Source: Alphaproteobacteria bacterium (GTDB lineage: Bacteria; Pseudomonadota; Alphaproteobacteria; SHVZ01). From it: DNA of 64,000 nucleotides. Every line of letters begins with the position of its first letter. Position 1 is the first letter of the stretch. A model generated the notes under the pieces. It did no database searches, had not been told where the DNA came from, and worked only from the letters and a program-made list of their open reading frames with translations. The stretch is taken from contig VGEN01000002.1 of assembly GCA_016869285.1 (NCBI GenBank), forward strand, positions 2,560-66,559, written 5' to 3'. Below are positions 37,079 through 46,379 of the stretch, in pieces. Both the position numbers and the translations under genes were made by a program.

Positions 37079-38101
37079 TTGGTCAACCTGAGCTACCCAT
37101 TCGCCGGTCGACCGGCTGCGGGCGAGACCATCGAAGTCGCGCCCGGTGTCCTCTGGATCCGCATGCCGCTGCCCTTCGCGCTCAATCACATCAATCTCTG
37201 GGCGCTCGAGGACGAGGGCGGCTGGACGCTGGTCGATACCGGCATCTTCGACGACACCACGCGCGGCCTCTGGGACCAGCTCTTCGCGGGTCCGCTCGCC
37301 GGCCGCAAGGTCGTCCGTCTGATCGTCACGCATTTCCATCCCGACCATGCCGGGCTTGCCGGCTGGCTGACCGAGCGCTTCGGCGTCGAGCTGTGGATGA
37401 CCCGCGCCGAGTGGCTGCATGCCCGTATGCTGCAACAGGACACCGGCCCCGAGATGATGGCGCAGCAGGTCGCCTTCTACGAGCAGGCTGGCGCGCCCGC
37501 CGAGTACCTGGAAGGCGTGCGTAAGGCCGGCCCCAGCTACGCCAAGCGGGTCGGGCCGGTACCGCGCGCCTATCGCCGGATCCACGGCGGCGAGGAGATC
37601 GCGATCGGCGGCCGCAGATGGCGCGTGGTGATCGGCCTCGGCCATGCCCCGGAGCATGCCTGCCTCTTCTGCGAGGAGGAGAAGCTGCTGATCGCTGGTG
37701 ACATGGTGCTGCCGCGCATCTCGCCCAACGTCAGCGTCTGGCCGAACGAGCCGGACGCCAATCCGCTCGCCGAGTTCCTGAGCTCGCTCGGTCCGATCCG
37801 CGCGCTCCCCGGCGAGACGCTTGTGCTCCCGTCGCATAACGAGCCGTTCCGCGGCCTGCGCGAGCGTATCGACGAGCTCGGCCATCATCACGAGGAGCGG
37901 CTGGAGAAGCTGGTGTCGCTGATGCCCGCGCCGAAGACGGCGATGGAGATCGCCCGCGGCCTCTTCACGCGCCCGCTCGACCAGCACCAGACTGGCTTCG
38001 CCATCGGCGAAACCCTCTCGCATATCGGTCTGCTGCGCTCGCGCGGCAGCGCGGTACGCGAGCGCGGTGACGACGGCGCCTGGCGCTATCGCCGCGCCTA
38101 G
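37079..38101 (+). CDS. MBL-fold metallo-hydrolase
   Basis: GAGGA RBS and TTG start; PLPFALNHIN, THFHPDH, GHAPEH, GD-VLPRISPN and PSH motifs. Confidence 0.9.
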   Translation: MVNLSYPFAGRPAAGETIEVAPGVLWIRMPLPFALNHINLWALEDEGGWTLVDTGIFDDTTRGLWDQLFAGPLAGRKVVRLIVTHFHPDHAGLAGWLTERFGVELWMTRAEWLHARMLQQDTGPEMMAQQVAFYEQAGAPAEYLEGVRKAGPSYAKRVGPVPRAYRRIHGGEEIAIGGRRWRVVIGLGHAPEHACLFCEEEKLLIAGDMVLPRISPNVSVWPNEPDANPLAEFLSSLGPIRALPGETLVLPSHNEPFRGLRERIDELGHHHEERLEKLVSLMPAPKTAMEIARGLFTRPLDQHQTGFAIGETLSHIGLLRSRGSAVRERGDDGAWRYRRA

Positions 38102-38913
38102 AAGCCGGCCTTATCGAGGAAGGCGCGCAGCCGGTCGTTGAAGAGATCGGGCTGTTCGAGGTTGGGCAGGTGCGCCGTGCCCGCGATGAGAAACGCCTCG
38201 CCCTTCGGCGCGGTCGCGGCGATCTCCGCCGAGCGGCGCTGGATGTGCTCGAAGTCGAGGTCACCCCAGATCGTCAGCACCGGCATTCCGAGCTGACCGA
38301 TGCGCGGCAGTGCCGCCGGTCGCGAACGCTCCTCACCGATCTCCGGGTGATGGAGGGCGATGCTGTTCATGTCGAGGAAGAGATCGCGGAGCGGACCCTG
38401 AACGCGCCCTTCCTGGCTCGACGGACCGTCGAGCCAGAACCAAGCCTCGAGCTCGTTCACGCGATCGAGGTCCTGATCCTCCTCGGCACTCTCCAGCTCT
38501 TCGATATGTGCGGCGATCGAAGGAGGGTAGGTGGCGGGACTCGGTGCCCCGGTGACAGCGGGAGCGACCAGCACGAGCGCCGAGACCCGCTCGGGATGCA
38601 TCAGCGCAAGATCGATCGCGATGCGGCCGCCTTGTGAGCAGCCGACCAGCACGGCCCTCTCGGCGCGATTGTGATCGAGAACCGCGATGAGATCGTCGAC
38701 ATGCGAGAAGGACCGTTCCCTCGCCTCGGATTTCCCGAAGCCACGACGGCCATAGGCGATCACGCGATGATCGATCGACAGACGATCCATCTCGGTCCGC
38801 CACATGCGTCGGTCGGCGATGCCGGCATGGAGGAAGACGACGACCGGACCATTGCCTGAGACCTCCCCGGCCAGGCGCGCGCCGGGGACATCGACCACGA
38901 AGGTTTGTGTCAT
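38098..38913 (-). CDS. Alpha/beta fold hydrolase
   Basis: FLHAG, RRGFGKS, GCSQGG nucleophile elbow, GDLD and AHLPNLEQP motifs. Confidence 0.88.
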   Translation of the reverse strand: MTQTFVVDVPGARLAGEVSGNGPVVVFLHAGIADRRMWRTEMDRLSIDHRVIAYGRRGFGKSEARERSFSHVDDLIAVLDHNRAERAVLVGCSQGGRIAIDLALMHPERVSALVLVAPAVTGAPSPATYPPSIAAHIEELESAEEDQDLDRVNELEAWFWLDGPSSQEGRVQGPLRDLFLDMNSIALHHPEIGEERSRPAALPRIGQLGMPVLTIWGDLDFEHIQRRSAEIAATAPKGEAFLIAGTAHLPNLEQPDLFNDRLRAFLDKAGF

Positions 38914-38959
38914 GGGCGCGCCTTCTACAGCCGGAGCGCGGGGATTGCTAGCGCCTTGT

Positions 38960-39733
38960 CTATCGGCCCTTGAAGCTCGGCGGGCGCTTCTCCAGGAAGG
39001 CGGCGCGACCCTCGGCATGGTCCTCGGTGCGGAAAAGCGCGCTCTGGCCGTCGACTTCCATCTGTAGCACCGTCTCCAACGTCGCCGGCATGCGCGCAAG
39101 CGCTGCCTTGGTCATGGCTAGCGCCACGGGCGGCGCGGCCGCGAACAGGCGTGCGCGTTCGATGGCGGCGGCGAGCACCTTGCCCGGCTCAGCCAGGCGG
39201 TCAACGAGGTGGATCGCAAGGGCCTCCCCGGCCTCGACGATCTCGCCCAGCATCAGGAGCTCTCGCGCCTTCCCCATGCCGACGCGGAGCGGCAGCGTGT
39301 AGAGCAGGCCGAGATCGGCCATGAGCGCCACCCGGTTGAAGCTGGCGCAGAAGCGGGCGTCGTGGGCGGCGATGACGTGGTCGCAGGCGAGCGCGATCGA
39401 GACGCCGGCGCCGAAGGCATAGCCGTCGACAGCGGCGACCACCGGCTTCCGTCCCGTGAGCAGCAATCGTGCGACGCGGTGCAGCCGGCCGATGCGGTCG
39501 CGCACATCGACCAGCGGCGCGTTCGGGTCGAAAGATCGGATATCTCCCCCGGAGCAGAAATTGCCGCCGGCCCCGGTGAGCACGATGGCGCGGGCATCGC
39601 TGGCGAAAGCCTCGTCCAGAACGTCGGCCAGCTTCTCGCGGAGCGGGATCGACAGCGCGTTCCGCCGCTCAGGCTCGTTGAGGGTGACGATGGCGATCTC
39701 TCCCTCGCGGGAGAGCAGGACTGGATCGGTCAT
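38960..39733 (-). CDS. Enoyl-CoA hydratase/isomerase family protein
   Basis: FCSGGD, DGYAFGAG and EGRAAFLEKRPPSF motifs. Confidence 0.92.
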   Translation of the reverse strand: MTDPVLLSREGEIAIVTLNEPERRNALSIPLREKLADVLDEAFASDARAIVLTGAGGNFCSGGDIRSFDPNAPLVDVRDRIGRLHRVARLLLTGRKPVVAAVDGYAFGAGVSIALACDHVIAAHDARFCASFNRVALMADLGLLYTLPLRVGMGKARELLMLGEIVEAGEALAIHLVDRLAEPGKVLAAAIERARLFAAAPPVALAMTKAALARMPATLETVLQMEVDGQSALFRTEDHAEGRAAFLEKRPPSFKGR

Positions 39734-39742
39734 TGGCCGAGC

Positions 39743-41332
39743 TTATCGCGCGGCCGTCGGGCCGGTCCACGCCTCCGCCATCTCGCGCAGCCGATTGCGC
39801 TGGACCTTGGTGCCGTTCGGACCGGTCGTGGTCGGGAAGGCGTCGAGAAGGAAGATCCGGACCGGCACCTTGAAGCCGGCGAGCGAGGCCTTGCAGCGGG
39901 CGATCAGGGCGGCTTCGTCGAAGGTTCCGCCGGATCGCAGCGTGACGAAGCCGATGGCCTTGGAGCCGCCGGCATCGGCGATCGAGACGATCTGTGCGCC
40001 GTCGACGCCCGGATAGCGCTGAAGCTCGGCCTCTATCTCCTGCGGATTAACCAGGAAGCCGCCGAGGCGGAGCACGTCGCCCATACGCGTCTCGAAGGTG
40101 AAGCCACCCCAGGCATCCAACTGCCCGAGATCGCCAGTGCGGAACCAGCCATCCTCGGTGAAGGCGTGTCTCGTCGATCTCTCATCGCCGTCGTAACGCA
40201 GCATGAGGCTTGGCCCGCGCAGCTCGATCTCGCCGGACTGGCCCGGCGGAAGCACGCGCCCGGTTTCCGGGTCGCGGATGCGGATCGCGGCATCTGGCGA
40301 TGTCGCGATCCCGCCGGCGGTCTCGCGCCTTTTTGTCGGTGCATCGGCGGGTTGATAGGCGAAGAGCGCCTGGACCTCGCTCATGCCGTAGAGGCCGCGG
40401 AAGCGGATGCCGAGCCGGTCGCCCCGGCGGGCGAGATCGGCGAGCGCGGGGTTGAAGCGGGCATAGCCCACCGTGCGGAGCGACGGGAACGGCCGTTGTC
40501 CTGGCGGTGCCGCGTCCAGCAGTCGCGCGGCCATGTCGTCGGTGGCGTTGAAATCCGTCACCCTATGGTGGTTCACGGCGGTCGCCGCGACCGGGGCGTC
40601 GAAGGTTGGCAGCAGCACCGATGGCTGAGCGCCGGCGATGCCGGCGAGCGCCTGCGCCAGGCCGAAGGTGCCGCAATAGGGAAGGGCCTGCAGCAGCACG
40701 GCATCATCGCGGTCATAACCGAAGACGCGGGCGACGGCGCGGGCATGGTTCGTCAGGGAGCCATGGGAGTGCAGGACGAATTTCGGCGCCTTGGTCGTGC
40801 CCGAGGTGGTGAAGATCGCGACCGGTGTCTCGGGCGTCGCCTGGTCGAAGGTCGCGGGTGGTGCGGCCATCACCTCGTCGCCGGTGAAGTGGTCGCGGCC
40901 GGGCAGAACACGGTCATCGCTTCCGACCGTCACGACCCAGCGGAGATGGCCGAGCGCCGACGGATCGACCGCCGAGAGGATCCCTGCGAAATCGATCGCG
41001 CGAAAGCGGGGCGCGAGGATCAATGCCTTCGCGCGCGTACGGCCGACGATGTCCTGGACCTCCGACGAGCGAAAGCGCGTGTTGACGAGGACTGCGATCG
41101 CACCGAGCCGCGCCAGTCCGAAATAGAGTGCGGGCCATTCCGGCAGATTGGGCAGCCAGATCGCGACGCGATCGCCCGGGCGGATGCCCATGGTCGAGAA
41201 GCCGAGCGCCGCGCGCCGGCTCTTGTCGTCGAGCCATGCATAGCCATAGGGCTCGTCGCCGGCATAGAAGGCTGCCCGGTCGCCGGCGCGGGTGATGGCA
41301 TCGACTAACAGTGATGAGAGACTCTCGGACAT
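39743..41332 (-). CDS. AMP-dependent acyl-CoA synthetase/ligase
   Basis: TTSGTTKAPK, YGMSE, WFRTGDLG and KVQR motifs. Confidence 0.92.
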   Translation of the reverse strand: MSESLSSLLVDAITRAGDRAAFYAGDEPYGYAWLDDKSRRAALGFSTMGIRPGDRVAIWLPNLPEWPALYFGLARLGAIAVLVNTRFRSSEVQDIVGRTRAKALILAPRFRAIDFAGILSAVDPSALGHLRWVVTVGSDDRVLPGRDHFTGDEVMAAPPATFDQATPETPVAIFTTSGTTKAPKFVLHSHGSLTNHARAVARVFGYDRDDAVLLQALPYCGTFGLAQALAGIAGAQPSVLLPTFDAPVAATAVNHHRVTDFNATDDMAARLLDAAPPGQRPFPSLRTVGYARFNPALADLARRGDRLGIRFRGLYGMSEVQALFAYQPADAPTKRRETAGGIATSPDAAIRIRDPETGRVLPPGQSGEIELRGPSLMLRYDGDERSTRHAFTEDGWFRTGDLGQLDAWGGFTFETRMGDVLRLGGFLVNPQEIEAELQRYPGVDGAQIVSIADAGGSKAIGFVTLRSGGTFDEAALIARCKASLAGFKVPVRIFLLDAFPTTTGPNGTKVQRNRLREMAEAWTGPTAAR

Positions 41333-43039
41333 CTAGAGTTTCGAGACTATGTCCACGGATTCGGGTCCCGTTGTCGCAAGACGCGGCAGGATCCGCTCGC
41401 CTTTCCAGGTATTGCCCATATTGGGTACGCGAAGCCAGGTGGTGTGCCGCTCGGGCGATGGGGCGAGGCAATAGATCGCGACCGAGACGTTGGAGGAACC
41501 GTCGAGAATGAAATACCTGCATAATGCCGCCGCACCGATGTCGCGCATGACCTCATGCGCGAGATGGTGGTTTCCGGTGGGGCTGGAGAGGCCGAGCTGG
41601 ATGTTGGCGACGGAACTCGATGTCAGCCGATTGGCGGCATGGCAGAAGATGCGGTCGGCGTAACGTCGGCGGAAAGCGTCGACGGCCGGCTCATAGTCGG
41701 TCAGCAGAAAGATCCGTGCGTCCGGTTCGCGTGCGAGGCTCGCATCGATGGCGTCGAAATAATGTTCGATCGCGATGTGTTGCCGCTCGGCGGACTCCGC
41801 GATCTTGTGGCTCGATTGCAGGCGATAGTGCACGGCGACGACGGGGAGGCCGTTCGCGTGCTCGCTGAGCCAGTCGGCATATCGCCCGGCGAGGTCGGCC
41901 CTGATCTTGATGAAGCGGCCGAAGAGGGATCTGAGGAGTATGAGAGGCTGCTCTTGGCGCCAGGGATGGCTCACCGGAAGCAGCGACAGTACCTCGGGAA
42001 GCGAGCTGAAGCGTTCCGCGACGACGACATCCTCGCTACGGCCGAGCAGCGTCTCGTGTGAGGCGCCTTGCTGATTGTGAAACCACGGACGGTTCTGCGA
42101 GTCGGCGAGGTTCGTGGGATTGAAGAATGGCGGATGGAACGTGCGCGCCTCTCGCGCGAGATCGGCGATCGTCTGGCTGCCGATCGGCTCGAAGAAGTCG
42201 CACCACAGATTCTCCGACCCTAGCCGCCAGTAGGCTGACTCCCTTCCCCAATGCACGATCGGTGATCGCCGTGCCAGCGCGGCGACGACGAGCTGGGTAG
42301 CGACGTGAAAAAGATCGGCGGTGAAGCCGGACGAATGCGAGCGGATCAGTAGAACGCCTCGTTCAGGACCAGTGCCGAGCCTCTCGCGATCGATGCCAAG
42401 CGTCGCACAGAGCCTTGCCTGGAGTGCCTCGACGTCGCTTCGCGCGACCTTGATGTCGTCCTTGAGCAGAAGCGTCGAGAGAAGCTGCAACGCGCGTTGG
42501 AACAGGCCTTCCGCCGCGGCCAGCAACGCCTTGCGGAGGAGACGGGAATCCTCGCTTTCGTCGTTCTCGTCGAAGAAGCGCAGCGTGGGCGGAGCCGACA
42601 AGGTGCGACTCCAGTCGGCGTAGCCCGGGATCACGTCGGCGAGGACACGCAAGAGAACGGCATCGGGGCCGGGAGGAAAAGCTGCAGCCAGCGCCGGCAG
42701 GCGAGATGTCCAGCGTGCGACCGTCCGCTGATTGCCGGCCTGCGCCGCCGCGAAGATCAGGAGGCGGATCGCGGCGGCGTTGATTAAGCTAGCCGCCGCC
42801 GCGCGTTCGAACCACGCGGCGGCGGCGGCATACTCGCGGCGATACAGATGGACTTGTGCGAGGTTTTGGATGTCCTGCCCGGATGTCGGCGCGAGGAGGT
42901 GCGCGCCGCAGGCGAAACGGAGAGCCTCGCCCAGGTCGTTCGCTTCAACGGCGCGAGCCAAGTGATCGGTGACGCGCGCATAGGCACGGGCGTCTGTCTC
43001 CGGCTCAGCGATGCCGTCCTCCTCGACCTGCGGGATCAT
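41333..43039 (-). CDS. TPR-like N-terminus plus NodZ/GT23-like (fucosyltransferase-fold) domain
   Basis: SGFTAD, VAVHYRLQSSHK, IFLLTD and DIGAAALCRYFILDGSSNVS resemble fucosyltransferase motifs I-III. Confidence 0.6.
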   Translation of the reverse strand: MIPQVEEDGIAEPETDARAYARVTDHLARAVEANDLGEALRFACGAHLLAPTSGQDIQNLAQVHLYRREYAAAAAWFERAAAASLINAAAIRLLIFAAAQAGNQRTVARWTSRLPALAAAFPPGPDAVLLRVLADVIPGYADWSRTLSAPPTLRFFDENDESEDSRLLRKALLAAAEGLFQRALQLLSTLLLKDDIKVARSDVEALQARLCATLGIDRERLGTGPERGVLLIRSHSSGFTADLFHVATQLVVAALARRSPIVHWGRESAYWRLGSENLWCDFFEPIGSQTIADLAREARTFHPPFFNPTNLADSQNRPWFHNQQGASHETLLGRSEDVVVAERFSSLPEVLSLLPVSHPWRQEQPLILLRSLFGRFIKIRADLAGRYADWLSEHANGLPVVAVHYRLQSSHKIAESAERQHIAIEHYFDAIDASLAREPDARIFLLTDYEPAVDAFRRRYADRIFCHAANRLTSSSVANIQLGLSSPTGNHHLAHEVMRDIGAAALCRYFILDGSSNVSVAIYCLAPSPERHTTWLRVPNMGNTWKGERILPRLATTGPESVDIVSKL

Positions 43040-43078
43040 GATCCTGAAGCACGAAATCCTAGTCAGCTGCTCTATCCG

Positions 43079-43107
43079 TTGACAGCGCGAATCGCGTCGC
43101 GTACAAA
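43079..43107 (+). promoter_or_regulatory. Sigma70-type promoter of metZ
   Basis: TTGACA-N17-TACAAA immediately upstream of the riboswitch. Confidence 0.7.
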
Positions 43108-43113
43108 CGGCGC

Positions 43114-43172
43114 ATTCCGTGGGGATTTGAGCCGACCGGCTTGCGGCCCACGTTAAAGAAAACCGCTAAAAG
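43114..43172 (+). ncRNA. SAM-II (SAM-alpha) riboswitch
   Basis: CCGTGGGGATTTGAGCCGACCGGCTTGCGGCCCACGTTAAAGAAAACCGCTAAA matches the SAM-alpha pattern (GTGG-GATTTG...TTGC..CCACGTTAAA...CGCTAAA); upstream of a methionine biosynthesis gene. Confidence 0.9.
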
Positions 43173-43197
43173 GTCGGGTCCGAGTACGCCCCGACCG

Positions 43198-43218
43198 AAG
43201 CCCGGCCGGGGCTTTTTT
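43198..43218 (+). terminator. Intrinsic terminator in the metZ leader
   Basis: AAGCCCGGCCGGGGCTTTTTT hairpin with T-tract between the aptamer and the GGAGG RBS. Confidence 0.7.
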
Positions 43219-43239
43219 GTTGCTCGGAGGAAACAGTAC

Positions 43240-44442
43240 ATGGTCGACACCGCCAACCCCGCTCTGGACGCCTGGCGTCCTCGTACCCGTCTCGTCCGCG
43301 GCGGCCTCAACCGCTCGCAGCACATGGAGACGGCCGAGGCCATGTACATGACCTCCGGCTATGTCTATCGCTCGGCCGAGGAGGCGGAGGCCGCCTTCGC
43401 GCAACCGCGCAACGACCGCTACGTCTATTCGCGCTTCCGCAACCCGACCGTCGCCAGCTTCGAGGAGCGCCTTCGCCTGATCGAGGGCGCCGAGGCCTGC
43501 CGCGGTACCGCCACCGGCATGTCGGCGGTCTTCGCCTCGCTGATGTGCCAGGTGAAGAGCGGCGACCGCGTCGTCGCGGCGCGCGCGCTGTTCGGCTCGT
43601 GTCTGTGGATATGTACCGACTACCTGCCGAAGATGGGTGTCGAGGTCGAAATCGTCGACGGCACCGAGCTTTCGCAGTGGCGCCGCGCACTGTCCAAGCC
43701 GACCAAGGCCGTGCTGCTGGAATCGCCCTCCAATCCGATGCTGGAGATCGTCAACCTCCGCGCCGTCGCCGCGCTTGCCCATGATGCGGGCGCCTGCGTC
43801 ATCGTCGACAACGTCTTCGCCACCGGCCTCCTGCAGCGCCCGCTCGATATGGGCGCCGACATCATCGTCTACTCGACGACCAAGCATATCGACGGCCAGG
43901 GCCGCGCGCTCGGCGGTGCCATCCTCTGCACCGAGAAGTTCCTCGCTGACACGCTGGGACCTTATCTCCGCCACACCGGCCCGACGATGAGCCCGTTCAA
44001 TGCGTGGCTGATGTTGAAGGGACTGGAGACGCTCGATCTCCGCCTGCAGGCCCATTGCGCCAGCGCGCGCAACGTCGCCAAGGCACTGTCGCGGCATCCT
44101 GCCGTCGAGCGCGTGCTCTATCCGGGCCTCCTGACCCATCCGCAGCACAAGCTGGCGGCGAGCCAGATGAAGGATTTCGGCTCGGTCGTCACCTTCACCA
44201 TCCGCGGCGGCAAGGAAGGCGCGTTCAAGGCGTTGAACGGGCTTCGGATCATCGACATCTCGAACAATCTCGGCGACTCCAAGAGCCTGATCTGCCATCC
44301 GGCGACGACCACGCATCAGCGGCTTTCGCCCGAGGAGAAGAAGCTTGCCGGTATCGAGCCGGGCGTCGTCCGGCTTTCGGTCGGGCTCGAGGATACCGAC
44401 GACCTGATCGAGGATCTGACGCGGACCCTGGATACGGTCTAG
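43240..44442 (+). CDS. metZ: O-succinylhomoserine sulfhydrylase
   Basis: YSRFRNPTV, TGMSAVF, ESPSNP, DNVFAT, YSTTKHIDGQGR and NNLGDSKS motifs; SAM riboswitch upstream. Confidence 0.93.
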   Translation: MVDTANPALDAWRPRTRLVRGGLNRSQHMETAEAMYMTSGYVYRSAEEAEAAFAQPRNDRYVYSRFRNPTVASFEERLRLIEGAEACRGTATGMSAVFASLMCQVKSGDRVVAARALFGSCLWICTDYLPKMGVEVEIVDGTELSQWRRALSKPTKAVLLESPSNPMLEIVNLRAVAALAHDAGACVIVDNVFATGLLQRPLDMGADIIVYSTTKHIDGQGRALGGAILCTEKFLADTLGPYLRHTGPTMSPFNAWLMLKGLETLDLRLQAHCASARNVAKALSRHPAVERVLYPGLLTHPQHKLAASQMKDFGSVVTFTIRGGKEGAFKALNGLRIIDISNNLGDSKSLICHPATTTHQRLSPEEKKLAGIEPGVVRLSVGLEDTDDLIEDLTRTLDTV

Positions 44443-44462
44443 CCGGTCTATACTCCGGCGCG

Positions 44463-45956
44463 ATGATCGAGGCTTCCGATCCCGCTCGAGTCGCCGCCGT
44501 CCGCGAGGCCATGATCGAAGCTGGCGGGATCGCTGCGGCGATCCCGCTGCTCCAGGAATGCGCGATCAAGGGCAATGCCGGCGCGCTCGCAACGGTCGTA
44601 GAGGCAGCCTCGGGCCTCGGCGATCTGGGACCGGTGGTCCGCGAGGCGCTCTACCTGCTTCATCAGGTTTTCCCGGTGCCCGTGGCGCTGGAGGCGGTCC
44701 GCCGTCTGGCGCCGCTGACACCGCAGACCGAGGCCGTGCAGAACGACCTCGGCTTCCTCCTCAACACCGCCGGCGATCGCGACGGCACCAGCCGCGCCTT
44801 CGCCACCGCCGCGCGCGCGCTGGAGGCACGCGTCGCAACCCACCCCTTGGCGGCAAGCGGGCTTCGCATCATCCATCCGAACTGGCTCATCGGTTCGCTC
44901 GGTGAGCTGGCGATACGGCTCGGTGCGCTCGCCAAGCTCAAGGCGCTCGGCCTTACGCCGCCCTGGCAGGTCGTGCTGCCGGCGCCGCAAGACAAGATCG
45001 TCAACGAGCCCTTCCTGGATCTCTTCGCGCCCTACGTCACGATCGTGAAGGACGGCGACATGCTGGCGAAGTTCCAGGCGCTCGCGCCGGACCTCGCCCT
45101 CGACACCACGACGATCCCCCTGCGCGACGGCCGCTTCCTCTATTTGCAGGAGGCGTGGCGCGAGGCGGAGATCCACTGGTCTGCCGCCGGCCGTAGCCCG
45201 CTGCTGAGCCTGTCCGCCGACCGCATCGCCGCGGGGCGCGCCCTGCTCACAGCGATCGGTCTTGCCGAGGACGACTGGTTCGTTGCCCTCCATGTCCGCG
45301 ATCCCGGCTTCCACGGCGCCGCCGATGGTCGCCGCCGTCAGGATATGGCGATGCGCGATTCCGATCTCCTCACCTATCTGCCGGCGCTTGAGCGCGTGGT
45401 ATCGCGGGGCGGGAAGGTCGTTCGTCTCGGTGCGCCTGCGGCCGTGCCGCTGCCGGCTATGCCGGGCGTCATCGACTACGCGCATTCTTCGGTGCGCTCG
45501 GCCGAGCTCGATCTCGTCCTCATCGCCTCGGCGCGGATGATGATCGGCACCATGTCGGGGCCAGCGCATGTCGCCTCCTGCCTCGGCACGCCGACCGTGC
45601 ACGCCAATGCCTTCGCCGGCACCCTCCATGGGATGGCTGCCGATATCTGGCTGCCCAAGCTCTACCGCGAGCAGGCGAGCGGACGCATCCTGACGCTGGA
45701 GGAGTCGATCAGCCCGCCCTTCCGCGGCGAGATGCGCGGCAGCGGCTTCGCCGATCACGGCATCGAGCTGGTCGACAATTCCGCAGAAGACATCGCCGCA
45801 GCCACGGACGAGATGCTGGATCGCCTCGACGGCCGCGCGCTTGTCGCCGATCCGGCGGTCGAGGAGATCTATCGCAGGACAGGGACGCTCTACCCCGGCC
45901 CGATCTCGGCAAGCTTCCTCGCCCGCCATCGGGCGACACTCCTGGCCCCTCGCTAG
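44463..45956 (+). CDS. TIGR04372-family putative glycosyltransferase with helical N-terminus
   Basis: FVALHVRDPGF, R-SD, GGKVVRLG, IDYAHS-VRSAELD, GTMSGP and DNSAEDI motifs. Confidence 0.8.
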   Translation: MIEASDPARVAAVREAMIEAGGIAAAIPLLQECAIKGNAGALATVVEAASGLGDLGPVVREALYLLHQVFPVPVALEAVRRLAPLTPQTEAVQNDLGFLLNTAGDRDGTSRAFATAARALEARVATHPLAASGLRIIHPNWLIGSLGELAIRLGALAKLKALGLTPPWQVVLPAPQDKIVNEPFLDLFAPYVTIVKDGDMLAKFQALAPDLALDTTTIPLRDGRFLYLQEAWREAEIHWSAAGRSPLLSLSADRIAAGRALLTAIGLAEDDWFVALHVRDPGFHGAADGRRRQDMAMRDSDLLTYLPALERVVSRGGKVVRLGAPAAVPLPAMPGVIDYAHSSVRSAELDLVLIASARMMIGTMSGPAHVASCLGTPTVHANAFAGTLHGMAADIWLPKLYREQASGRILTLEESISPPFRGEMRGSGFADHGIELVDNSAEDIAAATDEMLDRLDGRALVADPAVEEIYRRTGTLYPGPISASFLARHRATLLAPR

Positions 45957-45980
45957 CCATGCCTGCTATGTGAAGAACCG

Positions 45981-46379
45981 ATGAGCGAGCCTTCGCCTTT
46001 CGCCGGGCCGGGACCGGACGCCGAGTACCGACGTTTACTCGCCGAAGGGCGCTTCTGCATCCAGCGCTGCCGCGAGAGCGGGCGCTATGTCTTCCAGCCG
46101 CGCGTGCTGTCGCCCTTCACCGGCGAGCCGACCCTCGACTGGGTCGAGGTCTCCGGCCGGGGCACGGTCTATTCGACCACGGTGATCCGCAGGCGGCCCG
46201 AGCAGGGCAGCGACTACAATCTGGTGCTGGTCGATCTCGATGAAGGCTGTCGTCTCATGAGCCGGGTGGAAAAGCTTCAGCCGAGCGAGGTCCGTATCGG
46301 GCTCAAGGTCAAGGCGCGGATCGCGCGCGACAAGGACGACGCGCCGATCGTCGTCTTCGATCCGGCGGAGAGCGCATGA
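45981..46379 (+). CDS. DUF35/ChsH2-type Zn-ribbon OB-fold protein
   Basis: QRC...FQPR, SGRGTVYSTT, LVDLDEGCRLMS and IGLKV motifs; coupled to the thiolase. Confidence 0.88.
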   Translation: MSEPSPFAGPGPDAEYRRLLAEGRFCIQRCRESGRYVFQPRVLSPFTGEPTLDWVEVSGRGTVYSTTVIRRRPEQGSDYNLVLVDLDEGCRLMSRVEKLQPSEVRIGLKVKARIARDKDDAPIVVFDPAESA

